DNA from: a virus
IMG/VR virus record: IMGVR_UViG_3300007513_000013
Span: 1 to 64,000 of that record
Strand: one strand, 5' to 3'
Length of the DNA stretch: 64,000 nucleotides
Under the pieces are notes generated by a model. The model searched no databases. It was not told the DNA's origin and worked only from the letters and a program-made list of their open reading frames with translations. The position numbers were made by a program, and so were the translations under genes. This document shows, one piece after another, positions 18,484-28,571 of the stretch; position 1 is the stretch's first letter, and each line of letters starts with the position of its first letter.

Positions 18484-19137
18484 ATGAGCGACAAAGAAAA
18501 AACACTTTTAAATGAGACGACCGTACGTCGTTTTATGGATTTGGCAGGTACCAAGAAGTATACGGACAATTTTTTGACCGAAGGTAAGGCTGGCGACACT
18601 TCACGTAGTGACGTTGGCAACAAGGTGCCCAAGGGCTTTGTTAATGAAGAAGAGAACCTTGAAGAAGAGAACCTTGAAGAGCAATTTGGCGCTACTCCTG
18701 AAGAGGACGAATTGGCTCTTGATGCGGCACCAGACGAATTAGCTCTTGACGATCCTATGGCAGCAGAAGAATCTCCCGCAACTGCAGGTGCAGAAGAAGT
18801 TGCAACAGCAGTTGCTCAAGCAGTTGCAAATGCAGTGGCTGAGTACGGCGTTGATATGGATGTTTCTGGCGAAGGCGACGAAGAAGAGGCAATGGAACTT
18901 GGCCCTGAAGACGAACTTGGCCCTGAAGACGAACTTGGTCCTGATATGGGCATGCCCCCTCTCCCCAACGAGGAAGAGGCTGCAGCACTGCAGGAGGCTT
19001 TCATTCGCGAACTTACTGCCAGAGTAACCCACAGAGTACAATATGCTGCTCAACAGCGCGCTCAAAAAGAACAGATTGTTGAAACAGTGATGCGACGCGT
19101 CGCCAAAAGACTACAAAAGCCCACGAAGAAAGGGTAG
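18484..19137 (+). CDS. acidic low-complexity probable head/scaffold-associated protein
   Basis: LLNETTVRRFMDLAG N-motif; EEENL x2 and LGPEDE tandem repeats; ACTAATTAC upstream. Confidence 0.6.
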   Translation: MSDKEKTLLNETTVRRFMDLAGTKKYTDNFLTEGKAGDTSRSDVGNKVPKGFVNEEENLEEENLEEQFGATPEEDELALDAAPDELALDDPMAAEESPATAGAEEVATAVAQAVANAVAEYGVDMDVSGEGDEEEAMELGPEDELGPEDELGPDMGMPPLPNEEEAAALQEAFIRELTARVTHRVQYAAQQRAQKEQIVETVMRRVAKRLQKPTKKG

Positions 19138-19148
19138 AGGAAACAAAA

Positions 19149-19808
19149 ATGTCAGAAAAACTTCTCAACGAGAGCACAATTAAACGCTTCATGAAATTGG
19201 CAAACTTGTCACCATTGTCAAATAACTTTTTGCAAGAGAAAAACGTTCCAATTGGTAAAAATCAGCCACTTAAAGGCGGCAGTTCCGGCAAACCAGAATC
19301 GGAAGAAACGAAAATGGATAGGAAGCTAGATGATACCAATCCAAAACACAGGGCATATATTGCTTCGGTAAAGGCTGGACATGCCGACATGCCGACAGGC
19401 AGGAGAAAGAAGGCTTGGGATGCATATTTCAGCGTAGAGAGCAATAGAAAGAAGTGGGAGAAGAATTTTAAGAACGAATCCGTTGAGCCGCTTGAAGAAG
19501 AAGAAGAAATTAAGAGGAAGGTCTTTACAAACACAGCGAGAAAGACAGCGCTTGACAAGGCCAAAGAGGCTAGCGGCGAACACGGCGAATCAACAGCGTA
19601 TGGCAAGCCCAGTCACGTGGCAAAAACAAAGGTGGTGGGAATACAAGATCCGGAACAGCAAATGACCGTGCCCGTTGTTGACCCAATGCAAACCCGCGAC
19701 TTACCTGATGCATCTGAAAACCTTCAAAGAGAATCTGTATTTAATTCAGATTATATCTTGCAAGAAACCTTAAAAAGAGTTATACTTAATCTTAAGGGTT
19801 CGAAATAA
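19149..19808 (+). CDS. probable virion protein, same N-motif as ORF 18484
   Basis: LLNESTIKRFMKLANL; C-terminal QETLKRVILNL. Confidence 0.55.
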   Translation: MSEKLLNESTIKRFMKLANLSPLSNNFLQEKNVPIGKNQPLKGGSSGKPESEETKMDRKLDDTNPKHRAYIASVKAGHADMPTGRRKKAWDAYFSVESNRKKWEKNFKNESVEPLEEEEEIKRKVFTNTARKTALDKAKEASGEHGESTAYGKPSHVAKTKVVGIQDPEQQMTVPVVDPMQTRDLPDASENLQRESVFNSDYILQETLKRVILNLKGSK

Positions 19809-19846
19809 ACTAATCAATCTAAACAGCGAACCCATAAGGAGGACTT

Positions 19847-20230
19847 ATGTATGAATTGTTATGGTTTGTTGGCGGAGCATTGCTCTATAAATTTCTTTCC
19901 AAGCTACTAAAAGTATATCAAGCATTTATTTTATTCCAAGAGACTCAAATACAAACAATTGCAATGCTTGTTGCTGCAGCTGAAGATCTTAAGCATGCTA
20001 TCGACGCCAAACAAAAAGCTTTAGAAAAAACAGATTTAACAGAAGAGGAGCTTAAAGATATCAAAAGCACTGATGCATCCGCGCTAATGCTTTGGAAAGA
20101 GATCAGTGTTAAGAAACTTATTATTCACACACCTAGTTATTTTAAAGGGCTCGTTCAATTTCAAACATGGAACGAGTGCGTGAATTATTTTAATTCAACC
20201 ATCGAGAAAGGCTATAAAACAAGACACTGA
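19847..20230 (+). CDS. N-terminally membrane-anchored hypothetical protein
   Basis: Hydrophobic N-terminus; GGAGG RBS. Confidence 0.6.
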   Translation: MYELLWFVGGALLYKFLSKLLKVYQAFILFQETQIQTIAMLVAAAEDLKHAIDAKQKALEKTDLTEEELKDIKSTDASALMLWKEISVKKLIIHTPSYFKGLVQFQTWNECVNYFNSTIEKGYKTRH

Positions 20231-20234
20231 TAAA

Positions 20235-20537
20235 ATGAGCAAAAAATTTACAATACCTATTTTAGCATGGCTTAAAAATGAACAGTGCATAACTTTTAAT
20301 AAAAACATTATTCATGCCGAAAAGGCGTTTTTTATAAGTTCGGTTATAAAGTGGTGCATAAAAGAGAGGGAAAATAAGGAACTATCTGACTCTAGGGTAA
20401 ACAAGTATCTTCGTTTAATTAAACAATATTTAAATGAAGATTTAGATCTCTATTGGGAAGGCGGCAAAATTGTAATAAGCCTTTCACAAGAAGAAGAACC
20501 AAACGACGACAACGACAAGGAAGAGTCTGGGAACTAA
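20235..20537 (+). CDS. hypothetical protein
   Basis: 100-aa ORF in operon frame. Confidence 0.55.
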   Translation: MSKKFTIPILAWLKNEQCITFNKNIIHAEKAFFISSVIKWCIKERENKELSDSRVNKYLRLIKQYLNEDLDLYWEGGKIVISLSQEEEPNDDNDKEESGN

Positions 20538-20569
20538 ATGACAACAAGAAAAAACACGAGGACATACGA

Positions 20570-20791
20570 ATGTTTACTTGGTTCGCAATACATCGTAATA
20601 AAAAATATGCAAAGGAGTACAACTGGGATCCTCGATGGCTTGGTGTCGAAGAAGTCAACGCAACCTTTGTCGCGAGAGTCAAAGAGCTTCAAAAACGATA
20701 TGGGATCAAGCAAGACGGCCTCTGCCGCGACCTCACATATAAATTGCTTTTACTGGAACATTTAAACGACGTTAGGGACAAGAAATACTAA
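20570..20791 (+). CDS. PG-binding-domain-like small protein
   Basis: VKELQKRYGIKQDGLCRDLT resembles the PGBD repeat. Confidence 0.4.
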   Translation: MFTWFAIHRNKKYAKEYNWDPRWLGVEEVNATFVARVKELQKRYGIKQDGLCRDLTYKLLLLEHLNDVRDKKY

Positions 20792-20799
20792 TTATTATT

Positions 20800-22212
20800 A
20801 TGGATATCAATAAATTACTTCAAAAATATAACAATCGTGAAAAGCCCATTTCTGAAAAAAAGGAAATAAGCTCAGAATCTTTCTTGAGCCTTATAGAGGG
20901 GCAACTCAATGTTTTAATCGAGCAACAAAAAAAGAATCATAGAACAAAGAAGCTTTTCGAAGAAGTGAAAGAAAAAACCATTAGGTTTCCAGCAATTAAG
21001 ATATCTGAATTGTGGGGGCAAGTTGAAAATGGAGACAGAGAACTCATCGAAACTATTTTAAGCAATGTTGAAGGAAACACAGTAGAAGCAAAAATTAAAA
21101 GTGTCAATGCTTTCCTCGATCTCGAAGCTTACAGGCAAAGTGGAGATCAACATAAAATTGAGAAGATCTTGTCTAATCTTTTGTTTGCAGAGATCTTTGC
21201 TAGCATCATTACTGATTATAACGCCTCTGTTTCTGGCTTTCTGTTTGAGGCTTTTCTTGCCGCACTAATGGGTGGCACATCTATACAAGTTGACGATCCG
21301 GAAGCGGTCGGTGCAGCTGCCGGATCTTTGCCCATTGAAGACGTACAGCTAGCTGTCCGACTCGGAGATGAAGACGACAACAGAGAAATAGTCCCATATA
21401 GCCTTAAGGTTCTTTCGGACAAAGGAGAGGTTAAGGGTTCGTTTGTTAATCTAGTAGATTACTTCCTCGATCCTTCCGAAGAACGAAAAACAGATACAAT
21501 TGTTTATTTAGTTGCCATCAAACGACATGTGAAGAGCGACGAAGACAAAAAGATCTGGACCGGAGTTTTAGACTTCTATGAGTTTACAATTCGAAGGGAT
21601 AATTTCTTAGACTGGATTGGATATCAAGTTGAACAGCCGGTAAAAGATTGGGTGCCATATGCTGCGCCGTATAGAATGAAGGTCGGAAAAAGCACCAAAC
21701 TTCAAACTACAGATGGAGAACCAATTGAGCCGGGAACGGTGCTTGAAAAAGGTACGGAAGTATTAAGACTTGAAAAGGTTGGAACGGAAAAGGTTTTAGG
21801 AGGTTCAGGTAAGAAGCTATATTCTCCCGAGCAATATCAGACGGTTAGCGCCGCGCTGCAAGCAGATGAAATTGATAGAGAAGTGTTCAATACGCTACAA
21901 GACACTAAGGGATATGCGGGGAACGTGCAATGGAAAATTGCTGCTGGTAAATATCAAAGACCTGATTACTGGATTGGTAGTTTAAACCTTTCTACTGAAA
22001 AGTTGGTCGAGGCTGCAAATGAATATGCACAAGATTTAAATTCAGGATTGGTGCAAATATTCAACGCCCTATCAGATCTCACCAGCCAGATTAGTTTGTA
22101 TTTTATGGGTGGTGGCGAAAAAGATGGCGTAAGTAGAAAAGCGCATGGCAAAAATGCTATTGAAAACGCCAAGATTCTAAAACATAACACAGAGGAGCTA
22201 ATTGGTGACTGA
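20800..22212 (+). CDS. late hypothetical protein, possibly PD-(D/E)xK-like fold
   Basis: GFLFEAFLAALMGG...IED...PYSLK; ACTAATTAT 4 nt upstream. Confidence 0.45.
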   Translation: MDINKLLQKYNNREKPISEKKEISSESFLSLIEGQLNVLIEQQKKNHRTKKLFEEVKEKTIRFPAIKISELWGQVENGDRELIETILSNVEGNTVEAKIKSVNAFLDLEAYRQSGDQHKIEKILSNLLFAEIFASIITDYNASVSGFLFEAFLAALMGGTSIQVDDPEAVGAAAGSLPIEDVQLAVRLGDEDDNREIVPYSLKVLSDKGEVKGSFVNLVDYFLDPSEERKTDTIVYLVAIKRHVKSDEDKKIWTGVLDFYEFTIRRDNFLDWIGYQVEQPVKDWVPYAAPYRMKVGKSTKLQTTDGEPIEPGTVLEKGTEVLRLEKVGTEKVLGGSGKKLYSPEQYQTVSAALQADEIDREVFNTLQDTKGYAGNVQWKIAAGKYQRPDYWIGSLNLSTEKLVEAANEYAQDLNSGLVQIFNALSDLTSQISLYFMGGGEKDGVSRKAHGKNAIENAKILKHNTEELIGD

Positions 22213-22558
22213 ACTGGCCACTGATTCGCTAATCAAACTTTACTACAACATAACACTAATGATCAAAGTAAAAGAAGAAATATATGACGATATTGTTTTA
22301 CAAAACGAAGATATGTCGGAGGCAGATTTTAAGTTGATTGAGTCTGATTTAAATCAACTAGCAGAATGTAGGAAATCTCTCAAAGAAGTCATAAGCAAAA
22401 AGATAAAAGAAAAGGACGTCGAAGAAGAAATTGATCGTTTTATTATGTTAGATCCATATAGCCTCTTAATTAATCGTTCAAAAAATGTTATTCTTTCAGA
22501 GGATGATCGGCTAAATGGGTTATTTAACTTTACCGACAAAAAACAATATATAAACTAA
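22202..22558 (+). CDS. hypothetical protein
   Basis: 118-aa ORF. Confidence 0.45.
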   Translation: MVTELATDSLIKLYYNITLMIKVKEEIYDDIVLQNEDMSEADFKLIESDLNQLAECRKSLKEVISKKIKEKDVEEEIDRFIMLDPYSLLINRSKNVILSEDDRLNGLFNFTDKKQYIN

Positions 22559-22570
22559 AAAGAGGCAATA

Positions 22571-24142
22571 ATGAGTAAACAATATGAATGCGGAGCATCT
22601 TTGCAACAGAAGGTGCTGAAAGGCGCTAACACGTTGGCCGACAATGTGGCGTCAACTTTAGGTCCTAGAGGCAGAAATGTCATTTTAGCCAGCAAAGGCA
22701 AAAGACCGGTAATTACAAAGGATGGTGTCACTGTTGCTAAGTTCATAGAACTAGAAGATCCGTTTGAAAACGTTGGTGCACAAATTATAAAACAAGCTGC
22801 AGCAAAAACCAATTTAGAGGCTGGTGACGGTACTACAACTTCAACTGTACTAGCCAGAGCGATACTAAACAAGGCCCAGAAATACATCACTTCTGGCGTT
22901 CCTCCGGTGGAACTCAAGAGAGGCATCGATAAGGCAGTGAAAGGGGTCACAGAGAGGCTCCTAGAGGCTTCTATGCCCATCAAATCCCAAGAAGATATCG
23001 CACACATTGCCACTGTTTCTGCTAACGGCGATGAGACCATTGGCAATCTAATAGCAACAGCCGTTGATCTGGCTGGAAAAGACGGAGCAATTACTATCGA
23101 AGAGGCCCGTTCAATAGAAACCAGCTTAGATGTTGTTGAAGGGTTTCGCTTTGATTCTGGATATATAGCAACGGCATTTATCACCGATGAAAAACGCGGC
23201 ACGGTAAAATATGAAAATCCTTTAATCCTTGTAACGGACGAAAAGATTGATACAGTAGATGAGATGATGCCTGTGCTGGAATTGGTAGCGCGAGAGTCGC
23301 GACCTTTAATAATTGTCGCAGAAAATGTTGAAGGCCAAGCTTTAGCTGCATTGATTATGAACAGTACGCGCGGCACTCTAAGAGTTGCAGCGGTGAAAGC
23401 ACCACGCTACGGAGAAGAGAGAAGAAATATACTTTCAGATTTGGCTATCTCTACTGGTGCCACTTTTATAACACGTTCGAACAATTTAAGATTGAAGGAT
23501 GCTAAGTTGACTCACTTCGGCAGTGCCAATACCTTTGAAAGCGCTAAAAACTTTACAACAATAGTTGACGGCAAAGGCGATGCAGAAGAGATTGAAAAAC
23601 AGATTGAGGCTCTTAAAGTTGAACTAGAACAAACAGAAGACATGCATCAAAGTGAGCGAATACAAGAAAGAATTACGCGACTAGCTAGTGGCATTGCAAT
23701 TATAAGAGTGGGTGCGGCAACTGAAATCGAAATGATAGAAAAGAAGCATAGAATAGAAGATGCACTTGAAGCTGTCAACTCTGCCCGACAAGAAGGAATT
23801 ATAATTGGAGGCGGCGTTGCGTTACTAAAAGCAACACAGAATTTAAACGTCGAAACTCAAAACGAAGAACAGGCGCACGGGGTTAAAATTATAGTTGAAG
23901 CGGTACAGGAGCCGCTGCGCCAAATGGCACTCAACGCAGAAAAGTCCCCAGATCTGATCGTCGCAACAGTGCTTAAGTCAAAAAAACACGAGGGGTGGAA
24001 CTTCCTCACAAACAAGCTGGATGATCTATATGCTGTCGGAATTATTGACCCTGTTAAAGTAACTCGATGTGCTTTGCAAAATGCCGCGTCTGTATCCTCT
24101 ACTTTAATTACCACTAACCATGCCATTGTTGAGGGCGACTAA
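22571..24142 (+). CDS. groEL: GroEL-like chaperonin
   Basis: STLGPRGRNV, ITKDGVTVA, GDGTTTSTVLA, GFRFDSGY, KAPRYGE, IDPVKV; lacks the GGM tail. Confidence 0.95.
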   Translation: MSKQYECGASLQQKVLKGANTLADNVASTLGPRGRNVILASKGKRPVITKDGVTVAKFIELEDPFENVGAQIIKQAAAKTNLEAGDGTTTSTVLARAILNKAQKYITSGVPPVELKRGIDKAVKGVTERLLEASMPIKSQEDIAHIATVSANGDETIGNLIATAVDLAGKDGAITIEEARSIETSLDVVEGFRFDSGYIATAFITDEKRGTVKYENPLILVTDEKIDTVDEMMPVLELVARESRPLIIVAENVEGQALAALIMNSTRGTLRVAAVKAPRYGEERRNILSDLAISTGATFITRSNNLRLKDAKLTHFGSANTFESAKNFTTIVDGKGDAEEIEKQIEALKVELEQTEDMHQSERIQERITRLASGIAIIRVGAATEIEMIEKKHRIEDALEAVNSARQEGIIIGGGVALLKATQNLNVETQNEEQAHGVKIIVEAVQEPLRQMALNAEKSPDLIVATVLKSKKHEGWNFLTNKLDDLYAVGIIDPVKVTRCALQNAASVSSTLITTNHAIVEGD

Positions 24143-24178
24143 CTATTTATAAGTGTAACTGGGGGGGGTTATAATCTT

Positions 24179-24451
24179 ATGGACGAAGAAGAAACCGCAG
24201 TGGCACTGACAGAAATGTCGGGGAAATTTGATCAATTGATTGACAAGATAGAAACAGTCAAGGAAAGACAAGAAGGCATGGCCGACGACATTTCCAAGAT
24301 AAAAGAAGCTGTTTACCACCCAGACAAGGGGCTTTATTCAAGATTGCGGGAACTTGAGTCGTGGAAAGATACATCCTCTCGCCTCATTTGGATCATCATT
24401 ACAAGCCTTATAGGTTTAACCTGTGCAACAATCTATAAAATTTTATTTTAA
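24179..24451 (+). CDS. coiled-coil protein with C-terminal TM (holin/XhlA-like topology)
   Basis: Heptad N-terminus, C-terminal LIWIIITSLIGLTCATIY. Confidence 0.5.
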   Translation: MDEEETAVALTEMSGKFDQLIDKIETVKERQEGMADDISKIKEAVYHPDKGLYSRLRELESWKDTSSRLIWIIITSLIGLTCATIYKILF

Positions 24452-24507
24452 ATAACTTTTCTTTTGTGATATTATATATTCAGTAAACAGAGAAGGAGTT
24501 GCCAACT

Positions 24508-24822
24508 ATGCGAGTTAATATTGCGTATTCTATTGATCTAGATGATGTGCCAAATTTAGTGAAAGAATTATTAAAAGAGGTGGTGTTAGATTTTGCCGTT
24601 CTTGAGGATACCGTTGAGGGTGCAGTACTTTCAATTGAGCACGGTGGCCATGAAAAAATGAGCAAGGCACTCGACGATGCAAGAAAGAGAATGGCAAAAA
24701 TGGATGCGCGCCTGTCGGAGTGCATAAATATGTACGGCGGCTATGTCGATGCCCTTAATGTGCCACCAGCGCAGCCAAGCTTAAAAACACCAGTGGAGAA
24801 AAATGAAACCACAGAAGGGTGA
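24508..24822 (+). CDS. hypothetical helical protein
   Basis: AGGAG RBS; TTTAAA-17-TATTAT promoter at 24447-24475. Confidence 0.55.
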   Translation: MRVNIAYSIDLDDVPNLVKELLKEVVLDFAVLEDTVEGAVLSIEHGGHEKMSKALDDARKRMAKMDARLSECINMYGGYVDALNVPPAQPSLKTPVEKNETTEG

Positions 24823-25069
24823 TTTGGTATATGTCCCTGCGGAGTCGACATTGTTAAAATTTAACAAGGATGTTGACATTGACAACATTGATCCGCAGGA
24901 GACTTACATGGGACCAGCACCAGTGAGGTTTCTTAGGCTTGAAAAGCCCATCAACTTAATTGTCTTGGAAAGCCAACTAACGGATATTTATGTAAAAGTT
25001 TGGTATAACGGAGAAGAATGGCTTTTAAGGAAAAATGATGTCAAAAAGACAAAGGAAAAAATATGGTAA
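24803..25069 (+). CDS. KGDLV-family beta-barrel protein
   Basis: MKPQKGDLVYVP...VKVWYNGEEW. Confidence 0.55.
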   Translation: MKPQKGDLVYVPAESTLLKFNKDVDIDNIDPQETYMGPAPVRFLRLEKPINLIVLESQLTDIYVKVWYNGEEWLLRKNDVKKTKEKIW

Positions 25070-25356
25070 AATTAATAGAGATATGCGAAACAAAAGCTCT
25101 CACTTCAGGGCAAAAATATACTTTGCGAGAGGTTTATGTTAACCCTAAGCATGTTGTTGCACTGAGAGAAGAGTCTACATTTAAAAAGAAACTAGTGGAG
25201 GGGCTACTACCGGAGAATTTGGATGAGCGACAACAATTCACCCGCCTGACCTTAGATCGCGGTCAAGTTGGATTAGACTTGGTTGTTGTTGGTGGCCCGG
25301 GCCTAGTTGAAAGCAAGCTTAAGGATGCAGGAGAAAGACATGTACTCAGAGACTAA
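25063..25356 (+). CDS. hypothetical protein
   Basis: 97 aa. Confidence 0.55.
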   Translation: MVKLIEICETKALTSGQKYTLREVYVNPKHVVALREESTFKKKLVEGLLPENLDERQQFTRLTLDRGQVGLDLVVVGGPGLVESKLKDAGERHVLRD

Positions 25357-25612
25357 AAATCATTTTTTCTTATGGACGAAAGAAAGTTGTCCATATTGTG
25401 TGAGCGCAATTGAGCTTTTAGAAAAAAACAACATTCCGTTCACGGTGCACACTATTGATGAGAAACCAGAATTGCTGGTTGAGGTGCAAAAAAACGTTGG
25501 CGTTTCTTGGAAGACTGTGCCACTGATCTTAGAACAACAGGCTAGTGGCGAGAGAAAGTTTGTCGGCGGATACACGGATCTAAGAGAATACCTAGGAATC
25601 TCTGATGGTTGA
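25340..25612 (+). CDS. glutaredoxin
   Basis: WTKESCPYC, KTVPLI, FVGGYTDL; AGGAGA RBS. Confidence 0.88.
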   Translation: MYSETKNHFFLWTKESCPYCVSAIELLEKNNIPFTVHTIDEKPELLVEVQKNVGVSWKTVPLILEQQASGERKFVGGYTDLREYLGISDG

Positions 25613-26036
25613 ATGTAGTTTGTTACCAATGAAGAAAGGTACAGCTTCCGGCCCAAAAAACGGCACAAAGTACGGCACTTATTTAAGGTGCTACTTTTGG
25701 GGTGTACCGGGCTTTGGTCAAAACAGGTGGGTTGTTGCTGTTAATATTGATGTTGATTACGACAAATATTTGGAAGAGGGAATGAAAGCGGAGGAACTAG
25801 TCTTTGAGTGCGTTAGGCACTTGAATACTCCGCTCAAAAGCAGATATGGAAAGCGCAGAAAACGACGACCTACATATGGTATATTTCAAGATAAACCCCA
25901 CAAGTTTTCCCTTAAGGAATCAGAGAAGGGAAAGTACATTCAGGCATTTCTTGTTGTTGACTATCCAAAAAGCAGACACTTCTGGGGAGAGGGTGAAAAA
26001 ATAGCCTCTGCAAAGAGAAGAAAAAGGGCAAAATGA
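25605..26036 (+). CDS. basic hypothetical protein
   Basis: 143 aa. Confidence 0.55.
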   Translation: MVECSLLPMKKGTASGPKNGTKYGTYLRCYFWGVPGFGQNRWVVAVNIDVDYDKYLEEGMKAEELVFECVRHLNTPLKSRYGKRRKRRPTYGIFQDKPHKFSLKESEKGKYIQAFLVVDYPKSRHFWGEGEKIASAKRRKRAK

Positions 26037-26368
26037 GCAAGAAAACAAAATATCTTTTTTCAGTGGGCGAAGATTCTTATTTTAATTATTTGTCAAAAAT
26101 AGAAGCTGACAAAACAAAACTTAAATATATGATTACTTCAGAAGGCAAACTTGAAGAAGATGTTTTTTCTGATTTTTGTGAATACTTTGCTTCGCTGCAT
26201 ATGTTTCAAGGTCTTTTAGAAGAGATAGAAGACACGTTCAACGAGGAAAAGAAACAGTTCTTTATGGATGAGACCCAGGCTCTTAAGTTTAATGTTTTCT
26301 TGGAGAGCATGGTTCTAGTGAAAGAACGTCTTTTGCATGACTATAATTTGTCCTTATCTTCTCATTGA
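26033..26368 (+). CDS. hypothetical protein
   Basis: 111 aa. Confidence 0.55.
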   Translation: MSKKTKYLFSVGEDSYFNYLSKIEADKTKLKYMITSEGKLEEDVFSDFCEYFASLHMFQGLLEEIEDTFNEEKKQFFMDETQALKFNVFLESMVLVKERLLHDYNLSLSSH

Positions 26369-26382
26369 AACTAATTAATAAT

Positions 26383-28563
26383 ATGAAGCTTCTATTTGAA
26401 TCTTGGCGTAATCATTTAAATGTTTTAAACGAACAACTTCTCATTGAAGGTCGTTATGATGATGCCGCAAAGAAATATCCTGATGCAGTTGAGGAAACAA
26501 TCGACGGCATGCCAATCTTAAAATACTTTTCAAAACACGATGCATCTGGCAATAATAAATATATTATGTGGATGGCGAGGCAATTTGCTGATGATATGGC
26601 CCGATGGAAACGGAACGGTTTAAGCGAAGAAAGTGATCCAGGTTGGCGGGAAAGCGTTGAACAGCGCGCCGATGACATTGCAACCGCAGTTAGAAAATAC
26701 CATAGACTGCTGCCGTATGTTCGCGACGACGATGCAGAATACAAAGACATTTACAAGATAGAAAACAAACTTAAGTTGGATAGGGTTGTTTATAACGCAC
26801 ACCACAGAAAACAACGGAAAGAACAAGAAAAAGAACAAGCGAGACGCGAAAAGGCAATTGCACATCGAGACTCAGAAGTTCTCATAGACGATGATGACTT
26901 TATGATGGTGCGACCAACCAGCAAAGAAGCCTCTTGTTATTGGGGCAAAGGAACCCGATGGTGTATCTCGGCTGCCCAATCTCAAAATTACTTTGACTCC
27001 TACACGGGCGAAGGTAAAGCATTCTATTTCTTGTTTATGAAGAATAGAAAGAATTTTGCGCTTGAAGATTGGGAGCAGTATAAAAAAATTGCTCTGGTAT
27101 ATGAGCCGGAAGGTCATGGCTACGGCGGAAGTGGCTTTACGGAAGGATACGACGCATCAGACACTCCAATGGACGCAGATGAGGTTGCACAACAGATTGC
27201 CACTAATTTGGTGGGATATGCAACAGTCAATGCCTATGACGAGTACACTCGCTATGGCAGTTTAGAAGGGCAGTTCAAAGAAGACGAACCAGAGCATTAC
27301 CTAGAACTTGTGAGAACCATGACAAATGATGGCTGGACAGAAGATGACGATCCCGAAGAGTGGTGGCAAGAGACGGTTACAAACAAGTGGTATGAGATAG
27401 AGGCAGCAGCATCTCAGCACTCATATGATAATCCCGCTGGGCCCCGATCAGAACAATTTGATGAGATTTATAAATCTGCAGAGTTGGAATACGCACATGT
27501 ATCTTACGATGAATATGAGCCGGGGAGATGGTATTGGAATGCTAGTATGTCTTTTGATTTCAGCGACTTGGATTGGAAAGACGAAACAAATCTTGATGAA
27601 CATGAACTTGATGACGCGATAAGAGAGGTGCTTGATACACATTATATTCACCCAGAAGATATAGAGATTTATGGCGATGATGTGAACCTCACAATTAATC
27701 CAAACGATTATGACGAGCAAACTGGACTAGAGGGCTTTCAAAACTTTGTTAACAACGTTTCTAACATGGATGAGAACTATGTTGAGGCTCGCGATACTCT
27801 GATCGAACTGTTTATGGACGAAGGAGTAATAGAGGCTTCATCGTTGACCCCTTATGGGCAACTTCGAGGAAAAGCAAAAGACAAAGAGTGGGAACATTTT
27901 AGAGTTGATTCTTCTGGAGGGTCAGTTCAATATCGTACTTCAATGCAGTTTACAATACCAGAGATTGCCAGTCTTGTACAAGATCTCACGCGAGGCTTAA
28001 AAAGTGACATGTCTGCAACGGGCGCTCCAGATACAGATTCAGAGTCTTATCGTGCAATCACAGGCTGGCAAGAGGAGATTAGAAACAACTTTGCGCCAAA
28101 CGGCGCAAATAATGCGACTGCAACAAATATGCTACTTGATGAATTGAGCGGATTTTTCCGCGATGCACAAAACGCTGCCGCGGCACAGCTGAATTTGCCG
28201 GGGATTCCTGCTGCCGAAGTCAAACAAGTTGTAACGCCTGCTGCTGTGCGCTTTTATCCTTATTCGGTTCGGCTGGACGTGCCAAATCACAGCGTCGCTC
28301 TTGAGCTGGACATTACTGTTGGAAGAGATGTTAATGAGGCGCAACTTGAAGCGGTCGGTGAGTTCACTGAATATTTCGACGAGAACTATGAAGAACTCAC
28401 TGAAATTGTACGAAAAACTGTTCTTGATGTATTGATGATGTCTGCAAAAACTGCCAAAGAAGCCTATGGTCTACAAGACACAGGGCCACTACAGGAGAAG
28501 AAACTCAAAGAATGCGGCCCAATGCCAAAGAAGAGAATTAGAATAAGAATAGGAAGGAACTAA
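26383..28563 (+). CDS. large acidic probable ejection protein with MKLLFESWR motif
   Basis: MKLLFESWRNHL; G(K)GTRWCISA domain shared with ORF 51999; C-terminal KKRIRIRIG; ACTAATTAA 4 nt upstream. Confidence 0.7.
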   Translation: MKLLFESWRNHLNVLNEQLLIEGRYDDAAKKYPDAVEETIDGMPILKYFSKHDASGNNKYIMWMARQFADDMARWKRNGLSEESDPGWRESVEQRADDIATAVRKYHRLLPYVRDDDAEYKDIYKIENKLKLDRVVYNAHHRKQRKEQEKEQARREKAIAHRDSEVLIDDDDFMMVRPTSKEASCYWGKGTRWCISAAQSQNYFDSYTGEGKAFYFLFMKNRKNFALEDWEQYKKIALVYEPEGHGYGGSGFTEGYDASDTPMDADEVAQQIATNLVGYATVNAYDEYTRYGSLEGQFKEDEPEHYLELVRTMTNDGWTEDDDPEEWWQETVTNKWYEIEAAASQHSYDNPAGPRSEQFDEIYKSAELEYAHVSYDEYEPGRWYWNASMSFDFSDLDWKDETNLDEHELDDAIREVLDTHYIHPEDIEIYGDDVNLTINPNDYDEQTGLEGFQNFVNNVSNMDENYVEARDTLIELFMDEGVIEASSLTPYGQLRGKAKDKEWEHFRVDSSGGSVQYRTSMQFTIPEIASLVQDLTRGLKSDMSATGAPDTDSESYRAITGWQEEIRNNFAPNGANNATATNMLLDELSGFFRDAQNAAAAQLNLPGIPAAEVKQVVTPAAVRFYPYSVRLDVPNHSVALELDITVGRDVNEAQLEAVGEFTEYFDENYEELTEIVRKTVLDVLMMSAKTAKEAYGLQDTGPLQEKKLKECGPMPKKRIRIRIGRN

Positions 28564-28571
28564 TTATAGTT

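Noticed and set aside
18649-18948. 15- and 18-nt tandem repeats
   Set aside because: In-frame coding repeats (EEENL, LGPEDE) with no spacers; not CRISPR. No CRISPR array was seen anywhere in the window
20538-20765. 75-aa ORF overlapping 20570-20791
   Set aside because: The alternative frame carries the PG-binding-like pattern; this frame has no recognisable features
22555-23376. 273-aa minus-strand ORF
   Set aside because: Antisense shadow of groEL with no RBS or family features
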